Shown here in pieces: positions 56,123 to 64,000 of a stretch of DNA of 64,000 nt (position 1 is the first letter of the stretch; each line of letters begins with the position of its first letter). A program made the position numbers and the translations under genes. The notes beneath the pieces were generated by a model. That model did no database searches. It was not told the origin of the DNA and saw only the letters and a list, made by a program, of their open reading frames with translations. The stretch lies in the sequence record NC_031245.1. The stretch is one strand, 5' to 3'.

Positions 56123-56146
56123 GGATGGCTAGTCAGCTAGCCGTCC
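56123..56146 (+). terminator. terminator-like hairpin
   Basis: GGATGGCTAG-TCAG-CTAGCCGTCC. Confidence 0.55.
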
Positions 56147-56207
56147 ATTATTAGTACTATTAGTAATAATAATTATCAATAAGGTAGGAATTAGGGGAGG
56201 AATTTTC

Positions 56208-56417
56208 ATGGCATACTTAGGTACGTATATAGGGGAGCTTAAAGGCATACTAACAGAGAAGGGTAGTATTGCAGGAGTATTCGAGGACTTCAAGAAAGAT
56301 AGAGGATTAGTAGGTAAGGTAGAACTCACTGAAGAAATAAAGAAAGACTTCTCAGAATACTTTGCAGATAAAGTAGCAGAGAGGACTAATGCTAAACTAA
56401 AAGAATCCGCTCATTAA
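56208..56417 (+). CDS. hypothetical protein
   Basis: ORF track; GGGGAGGA RBS. Confidence 0.75.
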   Translation: MAYLGTYIGELKGILTEKGSIAGVFEDFKKDRGLVGKVELTEEIKKDFSEYFADKVAERTNAKLKESAH

Positions 56418-56437
56418 GATAGTCCTAGACGTCTATA
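56409..56437 (+). promoter_or_regulatory. phage-specific bipartite promoter motif
   Basis: GCTCATTA-N10-AGACGTCTATA. Confidence 0.7.
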
Positions 56438-56516
56438 CTTCCGAGTGGGACAATAAGGTCAACACTATCAGTTAAGGATTCAGCTACGCGGATTAAGACG
56501 AATTGAGACGAACTAC

Positions 56517-56545
56517 GCTGGATTCCAATCTGATAAACGTCTATA
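56517..56545 (+). promoter_or_regulatory. phage-specific bipartite promoter motif
   Basis: GCTGGATT-N10-AAACGTCTATA-GTTG-TGAAG. Confidence 0.8.
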
Positions 56546-56665
56546 GTTGTGAAGGTGGCTACGAAGGTCACCTAGTTTTATTTTAAGCATCACGTGAACA
56601 TTGCATCTTAGAATCGGCAGCTAGATAGTTCATCATCGCAAACTACTAGCGGAGGGAAGAAATTT

Positions 56666-57103
56666 ATGTATCGAGACATTCTGTTCCACAATCAGGTAAG
56701 GGAAGGCACCGTCATTGTATTACGAAAGAGTTCGGACTTTGAGGTAGTTACTGGTGACAGTACTCAAGAAGTCACAGCACGACGAGGTACAGTATTTGAT
56801 GTAGCAAAGGTATTCTTCAATTCCTTTAATAAGTTGGTCGTCCTTCTAAAGTCGAGTGACCTCGAAATACAACTACCTATTAATCATGTGGTTGATCTAT
56901 TCGAACGAGTCGTCCCTGAATCTGAATTGATGCACAATCAATGGGCTACTCCTTTCAATGAGGACAAGGACTACACAGGGGAAGTAATTGAAATCTATGA
57001 TGAAGATTTCGATTTCGAAGCACTTGAAGCTCATTGTGAAGAGCAAGCTAGGCAAGAATTTTTGAATGAAACTGTTAATAATAACACCCAGAATAACAAC
57101 TAA
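56666..57103 (+). CDS. hypothetical protein (paralog of 57330..57608)
   Basis: shared L(F/Y)HNQVREG and V.LF.RV. Confidence 0.8.
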   Translation: MYRDILFHNQVREGTVIVLRKSSDFEVVTGDSTQEVTARRGTVFDVAKVFFNSFNKLVVLLKSSDLEIQLPINHVVDLFERVVPESELMHNQWATPFNEDKDYTGEVIEIYDEDFDFEALEAHCEEQARQEFLNETVNNNTQNNN

Positions 57104-57119
57104 GTAAAGTAATAAGTTG

Positions 57120-57148
57120 GCTGTCTCACACTGTCTCAAACGTCTATA
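57120..57148 (+). promoter_or_regulatory. phage-specific bipartite promoter motif
   Basis: GCTGTCTC-N10-AAACGTCTATA-GTGG-TGAAG. Confidence 0.75.
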
Positions 57149-57154
57149 GTGGTG

Positions 57155-57224
57155 AAGGGTGCTCGGCTGCCTCACTTTCAGTCCGACACCTGATTAGGTA
57201 GCTCTTCATTGAGCTACCTTTCTT
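57155..57224 (+). ncRNA. candidate small RNA/leader: hairpin plus terminator hairpin
   Basis: bulged 11-bp stem 57158-57190 and 9-bp stem 57196-57219 + TTCTT directly after the promoter. Confidence 0.45.
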
Positions 57225-57329
57225 ACATAGAACACACATCTGACAATCTAAGCTACATAGAATTACTTCAAGATATGGATTGCTGAATCGACTTCACTCT
57301 GAGATAATCACCGCATAGGAGGAATCGGC

Positions 57330-57608
57330 ATGGCAATGAAAGTTGACACTTTGTACCATAACCAAGTACGTGAGGGATTGAAGCTAGTTGTGAAGGACGA
57401 CTTCACAGTAATGGCTGGAGGTAAGACCTATAACCTTAACAAAGGATGGCGAGTACGTATCACAGACGTGGTAAGTCAAGCTGAACGTACACTAGTCCGA
57501 GTTAAAGGTGACTTCGTAATGGGAACTACAATTGATACAATTGTTCAACTGTTCGATAGAGTTATAGAGGAGTTTCCAATTCACTATAACGATCGACGCA
57601 TACATTGA
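57330..57608 (+). CDS. hypothetical protein (paralog of 56666..57103)
   Basis: AGGAGG RBS; LYHNQVREG. Confidence 0.8.
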   Translation: MAMKVDTLYHNQVREGLKLVVKDDFTVMAGGKTYNLNKGWRVRITDVVSQAERTLVRVKGDFVMGTTIDTIVQLFDRVIEEFPIHYNDRRIH

Positions 57609-57619
57609 TTTGAATTACC

Positions 57620-57689
57620 GAGCAGTCATCTTGCTCAGAACTGATCGACTTTCAACTTGATTCGATCAGCTCTGAGTAAGATGAAGCTC
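57620..57689 (+). other. long intergenic hairpin (23-bp stem)
   Basis: 57626-57648 pairs with 57662-57684 with one mismatch and one G-U. Confidence 0.8.
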
Positions 57690-57711
57690 ACTAAAAGGAG
57701 AGAATTTAATA

Positions 57712-58149
57712 ATGAATCAAGCACTTCTTGTTCAAACTGATACTTTTATTCCTATCACTCAGTTCGCTGAGCCACTTTCTGATAATCCTCGATACATCGT
57801 ACGTCGTGCATTTGAGAAAGCTAAGTCTGAAGCAGGTGATCGTTATAAGGAATGTAAGTCGGTCACACAGCATAGAGATTCAATTTCAGTAACCCTCAAA
57901 GTAGGTAGAACACTTCAAGAATTTAACTACAAAATCAAAGACATCCAAGTACCTCGTCAAGTCGGAGTACGTCGTTCAATTCATGAAATACCAACCCTAC
58001 GTGGTATGGGATTCTTCAGAGAACTAATCGATGCTGCAGAGTTCCAAGCTGATGAAATAGGAGCGTTCGTAGGAGATCACGTTATTGAGTATCCTAACCG
58101 CTATGAAGTAGAACTTACAGATGGATCAACCATCACAGTGATGCTATGA
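57712..58149 (+). CDS. hypothetical protein
   Basis: ORF track; AAGGAG RBS. Confidence 0.8.
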   Translation: MNQALLVQTDTFIPITQFAEPLSDNPRYIVRRAFEKAKSEAGDRYKECKSVTQHRDSISVTLKVGRTLQEFNYKIKDIQVPRQVGVRRSIHEIPTLRGMGFFRELIDAAEFQADEIGAFVGDHVIEYPNRYEVELTDGSTITVML

Positions 58150-58540
58150 CATCAATGATATGGTTCATAGAACATACCCACTGGCTTATATTCTTTCCAG
58201 TGGGAGTGTTCATAGCCTATTGGATATACAAATATATATAGAGAAAAAGATAAGTAAGAAAGGTCGTTAGTAGTATGTGGGTAACAATTTGGGGAGTCAT
58301 CTTTGTATTTATTGTTTTAACAGTGTTAGGTTTATTTATAACTAAAAATATAAAGTATGCTTTAGCTTACGGCATAGTCCTTACACTTGCTGTTGTAGGA
58401 CTAAGCTTACTGGGGAGTTTGTCTGAATGAGACTAATTGGTAAAACTTTATGGTGGATAGGTATGATTATAGGAGGTATAGGACTTGGTATCCTATTCTC
58501 TTACATATCTTTTCTAATGGGATACTAAGGAGGAGTTACA

Positions 58541-58834
58541 GTGGCAACTATTATGATACCTGAAGAACATGAAGAAGTAACTTATAGAGATGTGGAGCGT
58601 GTAGTGAGAGCTATCATGGATGAGGAGAAGAAGTTGAGTTATCAATTTCCAGTTTATGCTTTGACTAACTGGAACTATTTGACTACGAAGTATCCTGAAC
58701 TCTATAGGGTTATAACTCGATTCACCTATCCTAATCCAGAGAACTATAAGAAGTATCTGCAACTAGTATCTTCATGGGTCGATGAACTTCAATGGACATG
58801 GTCAGCGGAGGATAGAAATGGACAGACTAACTAA
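58541..58834 (+). CDS. hypothetical protein
   Basis: ORF track; AAGGAGGAG RBS. Confidence 0.8.
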   Translation: MATIMIPEEHEEVTYRDVERVVRAIMDEEKKLSYQFPVYALTNWNYLTTKYPELYRVITRFTYPNPENYKKYLQLVSSWVDELQWTWSAEDRNGQTN

Positions 58835-58920
58835 AGTTCTATGTGTAGTCGCATTGGTAGTCATAATATTCACACTCGGCTATCTTGTAGGTAAAGGTTA
58901 TTACTAAGGAGGATTTATCC

Positions 58921-59538
58921 ATGAATATACTAAGATACATGCCAATTAAGGCTCAGAGACAGTGGTTAGATATAATTATGCGTATGCAAGGTATGGGTAA
59001 CATTTCAGTTGTATCTAAAGACCGTAGAGACAATCCTGAGTATGGAGATATCTACTTCGAGTTCAAGAAAGGTCGTACAGCAGTTACAGTTATGTTCCAG
59101 TTCGATAAGAATGACAAGCAGATACTGAGGACTGTAGGGTACATCCGTCATGAAGGTAATATTGCAGTTGAACACTTTACTCCAGATGAAAGGTTCGACT
59201 TCAGTAAGCTACGTAGATGGTTGAACTTATATGAGATAAAATCAGTCCCGCTCGATATATATCTTAGTAACGAGAAGTTAATGTCTCATACTCTTATGGA
59301 GGAGCAGATGAATAACTATGGACTGCCACCTGAAGTAGCTCAAGCTATTAGGTACATAGTGGAGCGGGAGAATGAGCCACTCAAAGCTATATTCGATCCC
59401 CACTACAGACTAAAGAACTATCCTGAGCAAAACGATATACTCATGGATTATATTTCAATTGGAGTAGAAATCAGCGTAGCTCGACTGGACAGTGTAATCG
59501 ATTATGCTCGTAGTTTAATTACAAAGGAGGACATCTAA
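58921..59538 (+). CDS. hypothetical protein
   Basis: ORF track; AAGGAGG RBS. Confidence 0.85.
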   Translation: MNILRYMPIKAQRQWLDIIMRMQGMGNISVVSKDRRDNPEYGDIYFEFKKGRTAVTVMFQFDKNDKQILRTVGYIRHEGNIAVEHFTPDERFDFSKLRRWLNLYEIKSVPLDIYLSNEKLMSHTLMEEQMNNYGLPPEVAQAIRYIVERENEPLKAIFDPHYRLKNYPEQNDILMDYISIGVEISVARLDSVIDYARSLITKEDI

Positions 59539-59539
59539 T

Positions 59540-60442
59540 ATGTCACGTGATAATTCAATCGTAATGTCAGATACAGAACTAGCTCGTAGGTTAGCAAAGA
59601 ACGTAGACAATATCACTAAGAAACTTGAGGATAAAGATCTTATGAACTATGTAGACTCTATGCTCACTCTAAATCGAGGATTCACTCTACGTCAGTGGAT
59701 CCGAAAGGTCGATAAATACATCGCTAAGATGATGGGTATACGTCAACAAATAGTTCTAGCTGATGAAATGCCTACTGAAGAACTGGATAAGTTAGTCGAA
59801 GACTACACACTTACTGTTGACAATATTGATATCGTTAAGTACATCATAGCTACTAGGTTTAATCCAGGTGAGCGTGAAGAGGACAATTCATCCGTAGTCC
59901 GAGTTAAACTTGACGATAATGTGGAGCGGATTGACCTACCAACTCACGAAGGTTACGAGTACAAGGGTAAAGTTTACCACGAGTACATGCTAGTTTATGG
60001 TAAAGGAAGACATGGTCGTAGACGTATGATAGTTGACTCAGAGGAAGAAGCTATTCGTAAGTTAGAGTTGTATGCTAAGAAGTACGACTTAGAGCTTACT
60101 GTCTATGCAATCGTCAAGTCTAATATGCCTAAAGGTCTAGCTCCAGCATTGATGAAAGCTGTAGACAATATGGACACTGTAGTTATTGATGAAAGTCGTC
60201 GAGGATGGGTATCTGAGAAGGATACGACTAATGAAGAAGTCAATCACCTAGACGATAAACATACTTCAACTGTCGCTAAGCTATTCAAGGAGAAGTTCCC
60301 TGAAGCTGAGAAAATAGTTGGTATGAGATTGATTGACTATAAAGAAGACACTGATACCTATGTTGTATCTATCTCTAGGACTGACAAGAAGTACGAAATA
60401 CCTTATTCAGAAGTAAAGGATAAGCTCACTCAACTTGGGTGA
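59540..60442 (+). CDS. hypothetical protein
   Basis: 300-aa ORF; AAGGAGG RBS. Confidence 0.85.
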   Translation: MSRDNSIVMSDTELARRLAKNVDNITKKLEDKDLMNYVDSMLTLNRGFTLRQWIRKVDKYIAKMMGIRQQIVLADEMPTEELDKLVEDYTLTVDNIDIVKYIIATRFNPGEREEDNSSVVRVKLDDNVERIDLPTHEGYEYKGKVYHEYMLVYGKGRHGRRRMIVDSEEEAIRKLELYAKKYDLELTVYAIVKSNMPKGLAPALMKAVDNMDTVVIDESRRGWVSEKDTTNEEVNHLDDKHTSTVAKLFKEKFPEAEKIVGMRLIDYKEDTDTYVVSISRTDKKYEIPYSEVKDKLTQLG

Positions 60443-60728
60443 GCTATTTCCCTTTAACTAGCTAGTACGATTCATTCGCCTCAATAACCCGCCTAATTGG
60501 ACTCCTTACTCCATGCGAATAACCTTCTAGATAGAGCCAATTGGCTCTGCTAATCACGATAGTTAAGCTTACGCCCGATTGCCCGTAGGCTTGATAAACC
60601 CTTGTTAAATAGGTTAATAATGACCTAGAAAGAAAGCAGAACTAGTAAGTCTATTTCGTTAGACCTGCTCGCTAGGCTTATCCTTTAGGTACTTGCGTAT
60701 CGATCAAACTTTAGGAGGAATTAATAGC

Positions 60729-60791
60729 ATGTTAGAATTTATCCACGAGTATGCTAGTCAGGCATTTAAACATGACGTGAGTCCATCTTAA
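60729..60791 (+). CDS. 20-aa peptide MLEFIHEYASQAFKHDVSPS
   Basis: AGGAGGA RBS; stop abuts the RBS of the next gene. Confidence 0.35.
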   Translation: MLEFIHEYASQAFKHDVSPS

Positions 60792-60805
60792 GGAGGTAGA
60801 TACCA

Positions 60806-61339
60806 ATGCCGATTCACTTTTTACGAGAATATAAGTCAGCTCCGCTCTACCATGGTACAGATTACCATTCAGCTTACTTGATACTTCAGACTAATATGCT
60901 CAAAGCTAATACATCCAATGAGACTGAGACTCATGGAGTTTCTTTCACTAGGAATAAGAACGAGTGGTACTATAAGTTTGTATTCGTAGTTGATCAAGCT
61001 AAGCTTGCTAACAATCATAAGGTAGCTCCAGTTTATAGGCATGGTATTGCAGGACGTGATCTAGCGGAAGAGCGAGTACCTTATGATATCCGTAACCTGA
61101 ATAAACTATTAATTGAAGTCGACGTCAGAGGAGATACTAACTTGAGGATTATACGGAAGAAGCTTCTGAAGATGACTCCTGAGAACTTAGTTACTTTACC
61201 GTCAAATAGTATACTCCAGAGTTACCACTACCTATACCTAGCTATTAAGCTAGCTATAAAGAATAGGATTAAGTTAGGTAAGAACTTGCTCAAGGTTAAG
61301 GCTATGTACGAAGAGATACTTTCAGCTAAATTTAATTAA
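60806..61339 (+). CDS. ADP-ribosyltransferase-fold-like protein
   Basis: LYHGT, GVSFTR, AEERV motif order. Confidence 0.55.
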   Translation: MPIHFLREYKSAPLYHGTDYHSAYLILQTNMLKANTSNETETHGVSFTRNKNEWYYKFVFVVDQAKLANNHKVAPVYRHGIAGRDLAEERVPYDIRNLNKLLIEVDVRGDTNLRIIRKKLLKMTPENLVTLPSNSILQSYHYLYLAIKLAIKNRIKLGKNLLKVKAMYEEILSAKFN

Positions 61340-61356
61340 AACTACTCGGCTAGTCA

Positions 61357-61385
61357 GCTTGATTCGAGTTGTCCAGACGTTTATA
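61357..61385 (+). promoter_or_regulatory. phage-specific bipartite promoter motif
   Basis: GCTTGATT-N10-AGACGTTTATA. Confidence 0.8.
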
Positions 61386-61472
61386 ATGGTGTAAGCGTTG
61401 TTCAGTTTACGTTAATAACACTAGGGAGCTACTCTCCCGCTTCACTACTAATTTAATAAGAGGGATCTTTTT

Positions 61473-61766
61473 ATGACAAATACTCGTACATCTAGACATC
61501 AACGTAAGGGAATATTCGGTAAGTTATTTTTATTGGCTACTCTCATTGTCATACTATTTTACGGAGTGAACTATGTAGCATTCAGTAAGACTAGTAAGGC
61601 TGATGCTCCAGTAGATTTAGGACGTAAAGTAGAAGTTGTTCTACAGAATGGTAACATAATGACCACTCGTGAAGCTTACATAGTTAAGGAGGATGGTAAA
61701 GTTTACTACAGAAGTAAGACTAACCAGATAGATATTACTGGTTGTGAAATTAAATACTTAGAGTAG
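61473..61766 (+). CDS. membrane-anchored hypothetical protein
   Basis: N-terminal TM segment. Confidence 0.75.
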   Translation: MTNTRTSRHQRKGIFGKLFLLATLIVILFYGVNYVAFSKTSKADAPVDLGRKVEVVLQNGNIMTTREAYIVKEDGKVYYRSKTNQIDITGCEIKYLE

Positions 61767-61774
61767 GTGCTAGT

Positions 61775-61960
61775 GTGATTAAAATCAATCCTATAATTAA
61801 TCCTGACTTGATCTGTAATTCATGCAACAATAGATACGGAGGAGCTTATCGACTTAGTATAGGCTCCGACAATAGTGCCACTAACATTTCACTATGTAAC
61901 AAGTGTCTGCATGAGCTACAGGTACAAGTAGGTAAACTAAATCATAGAGCGGAGGAATAA
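61775..61960 (+). CDS. small CxxC..CxxC protein
   Basis: CNSC..CNKC. Confidence 0.7.
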   Translation: MIKINPIINPDLICNSCNNRYGGAYRLSIGSDNSATNISLCNKCLHELQVQVGKLNHRAEE

Positions 61961-61961
61961 C

Positions 61962-62423
61962 ATGGGAGCTATTAAGCTTGAAGATACTAAGACAGTAAAG
62001 GTAAAAGCTATTGGGGACTTTACTTATTCAATTACAAGTATTGTTAGAGGAGAAGCAGTTATTCAGGACTTCTTAATTACTAAAGGTACGACTGGGACTA
62101 TGACTACAGAACCTACTCGTAAACTAATCACACTGGACTATCCTATTGAGCCGTTGAATAACAAGGAATACAGTACTTCAGAGATGAAATTACGTAGGAT
62201 ATCATGTCACACTCAGCTTGAACTTGATCAATGGACTACTTATACTCCTAAGAAGTACAAGGATAAGGATATCGAGGAACTAATGGAGGAGTTTGAGGAG
62301 AATGGTTCCTGCACTCACATATGTCCAGATTGTGGTGATGAATGTTTACCAGTAGAGATCGATTCGGCGACTGCACATTGTGATAATTGTGGTGAAGCTA
62401 AACAGTTTGAGCCTGTAGTGTGA
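61962..62423 (+). CDS. hypothetical protein with C-terminal Zn ribbon
   Basis: CPDCG..HCDNCG. Confidence 0.75.
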   Translation: MGAIKLEDTKTVKVKAIGDFTYSITSIVRGEAVIQDFLITKGTTGTMTTEPTRKLITLDYPIEPLNNKEYSTSEMKLRRISCHTQLELDQWTTYTPKKYKDKDIEELMEEFEENGSCTHICPDCGDECLPVEIDSATAHCDNCGEAKQFEPVV

Positions 62424-62435
62424 GGAGGTATCAAT

Positions 62436-62702
62436 ATGATACTGAATACTGAAGCTAAAGTAACTTGTCCACATTGTCGTACTACCCAATCAATCGACTT
62501 TAGAGGTACTTCAGGAGGATTCATCATGATGCACTGTCAACAATCAGATTGTGATGAATTCTTTACCGAAGATGATACTAACGTATTGCTCAGTGACGTA
62601 AAATTAGATACGTTAAGTTATCTATGTGGAGCGGGACTAGTCATGTTTGATTCTAATAACGTTATACAAGAGGTACCTGGAGTGAGAAATGAAGATGATT
62701 GA
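62436..62702 (+). CDS. Zn-ribbon protein
   Basis: CPHC..CQQSDC. Confidence 0.75.
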   Translation: MILNTEAKVTCPHCRTTQSIDFRGTSGGFIMMHCQQSDCDEFFTEDDTNVLLSDVKLDTLSYLCGAGLVMFDSNNVIQEVPGVRNEDD

Positions 62703-62843
62703 TCAACTAATAGACTCCTTTACTAGAGCTGGTCTCGGTAGAGGGTCTATTTCCGACTACCTCATAGCGACTATTCCTTTAGCAATTTTGACTGTACTGT
62801 TACTTATAGCATACCTAAAAATAAAGAAATAGAGGTAATACCT

Positions 62844-63128
62844 ATGAATACTTCAGGTTACAAATGGATTGTTATCCATCATCCCACTGAGAAGTTATCT
62901 AAGAAGGATGACAGAGTCCACTACCTCAATAACGATAGGGAGTTAGTAAAGCTTCTAAAGGAAATAGCTAAGGAACATGGAGTTAAGATAGAAAGTTCCG
63001 ACGACGTAATTGAAGATGTGATGGAGGCAGTATCAGTCTTCAGTTACGTAACTATATTTGATGCAAGAGATAAGAGACATACTTTTGGATTCAAACTATT
63101 GGATCACCTATTCGATAGTTCTATTTAA
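62844..63128 (+). CDS. hypothetical protein
   Basis: ORF track. Confidence 0.75.
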   Translation: MNTSGYKWIVIHHPTEKLSKKDDRVHYLNNDRELVKLLKEIAKEHGVKIESSDDVIEDVMEAVSVFSYVTIFDARDKRHTFGFKLLDHLFDSSI

Positions 63129-63149
63129 TACATCAGGGAGGAATACTAG

Positions 63150-63635
63150 ATGAATCAATTTTCAGTAGCTCGTAAAGGTGAAGGTAATGTAGCCTATACA
63201 GTATTTGGGACTAGAAAGTCCAGAGTAGGAGATACTCAACTATTAATTTATGATGGTGAGGAGTGGCTATGGGTATCTGCTAAGGATTATTATCCAGTTT
63301 CTGCAGTCAATACTCAAATGCTCGATCAAGTCCTTAAGTTAGTTGAGGAGTCTGAAGTCTATCAGGATATCGTGAAAAATACGATGCAGACTAGTGATGA
63401 TGAATTCCTTGAGGAGCATAAACATAAAACTAATTTACCACTTAATGGTATCCACCTTCACGGATACGCATTTATGGCTGACGGTAGTGAAATAACTCTA
63501 GAGAAGATGGTAGAGAAATTCAATACCGTAGGAATAGAGATGAATGGTCGACTTGTAGGAATATCTTCTGATGGAGAGGTTGCAGGATCATTTGTTAAAG
63601 GAGGAATTCCTCCTGAGGAATTACCATGGGATTAA
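63150..63635 (+). CDS. hypothetical protein
   Basis: ORF track; GGGAGG RBS. Confidence 0.8.
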   Translation: MNQFSVARKGEGNVAYTVFGTRKSRVGDTQLLIYDGEEWLWVSAKDYYPVSAVNTQMLDQVLKLVEESEVYQDIVKNTMQTSDDEFLEEHKHKTNLPLNGIHLHGYAFMADGSEITLEKMVEKFNTVGIEMNGRLVGISSDGEVAGSFVKGGIPPEELPWD

Positions 63636-63710
63636 GTTGGTCATGGCTACTTACTATCGTAGTAGCCTCATTCTTCTTAGCTTTACTACAACATTTAATG
63701 GAGGATTAAA

Positions 63711-63974
63711 GTGGACATATTCGATATCGTTGCAACAGTTTTGGTAATAGCACTCTTACTTTTCATGTTTGTAGGAGGAATCGTAGTCTGTATCTCTGAA
63801 CACAAAGAGTACAATAAAGGTTACTGCTCATGTGGAGGTCGTTGGAAGTCATTCGATATGGCATCCGACTGTAGTATAGGGTGGAATTGTACAAATTGTG
63901 GTAGGTACATGTGGACATCATATGTTAATCCAAGGAGGTATGAGAATGGAAATTCACAAGTTAGAAATAGGTGA
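63711..63974 (+). CDS. membrane-anchored Cys-rich protein
   Basis: TM helix then CSCGG..CTNCG. Confidence 0.75.
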   Translation: MDIFDIVATVLVIALLLFMFVGGIVVCISEHKEYNKGYCSCGGRWKSFDMASDCSIGWNCTNCGRYMWTSYVNPRRYENGNSQVRNR

Positions 63975-64000
63975 ACCTCTTCAGTTAGAGAGACTAACTG

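Noticed and set aside
645-62527. Minus-strand and alternate-frame ORFs of 60-100 aa in the track (e.g. 3422..3682, 5525..5800, 11937..12202, 46557..47746, 58514..58762)
   Set aside because: They lie inside or opposite well-supported genes, lack RBSs and show no motifs; these are shadow ORFs.

Overview
64 kb from a large virulent-type tailed phage of a Bacillota (Bacillus/Paenibacillus-like) host, not a bacterial chromosome. It is AT-rich, densely packed, with strong GGAGG RBSs and many short hypothetical genes, and essentially all real genes lie on the + strand. Contents: (1) NAD-dependent ligase and SSB; (2) a ~10 kb sugar-nucleotide/glycosyltransferase cluster (Ugd, GalU, GT4, TagF-like phosphotransferase, two T4 alpha-glucosyltransferase-like GT-B proteins, HU-like protein, phosphohexomutase) best read as a DNA hypermodification pathway reminiscent of Bacillus phage SP-15; (3) an intact GGDEF diguanylate cyclase inside that cluster and a stand-alone PilZ protein 15 kb downstream; (4) repair/replication helpers (DinG, Fpg, SfsA, RarA, dCMP deaminase, FtsK/SpoIIIE, thioredoxin, ferredoxin) and three free-standing homing endonucleases; (5) a single minus-strand gene, a phage sigma factor behind a sigmaA-type promoter, plus 24 co-oriented copies of a bipartite motif GCTNNATT-N10-RRACGTYTATA-N4-TGAAG upstream of operons; (6) a small virion-gene block, an ART-like protein and several structured non-coding islands. 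No tRNA, rRNA or CRISPR array was seen. All family assignments come from motifs recognised by eye, not from database searches.
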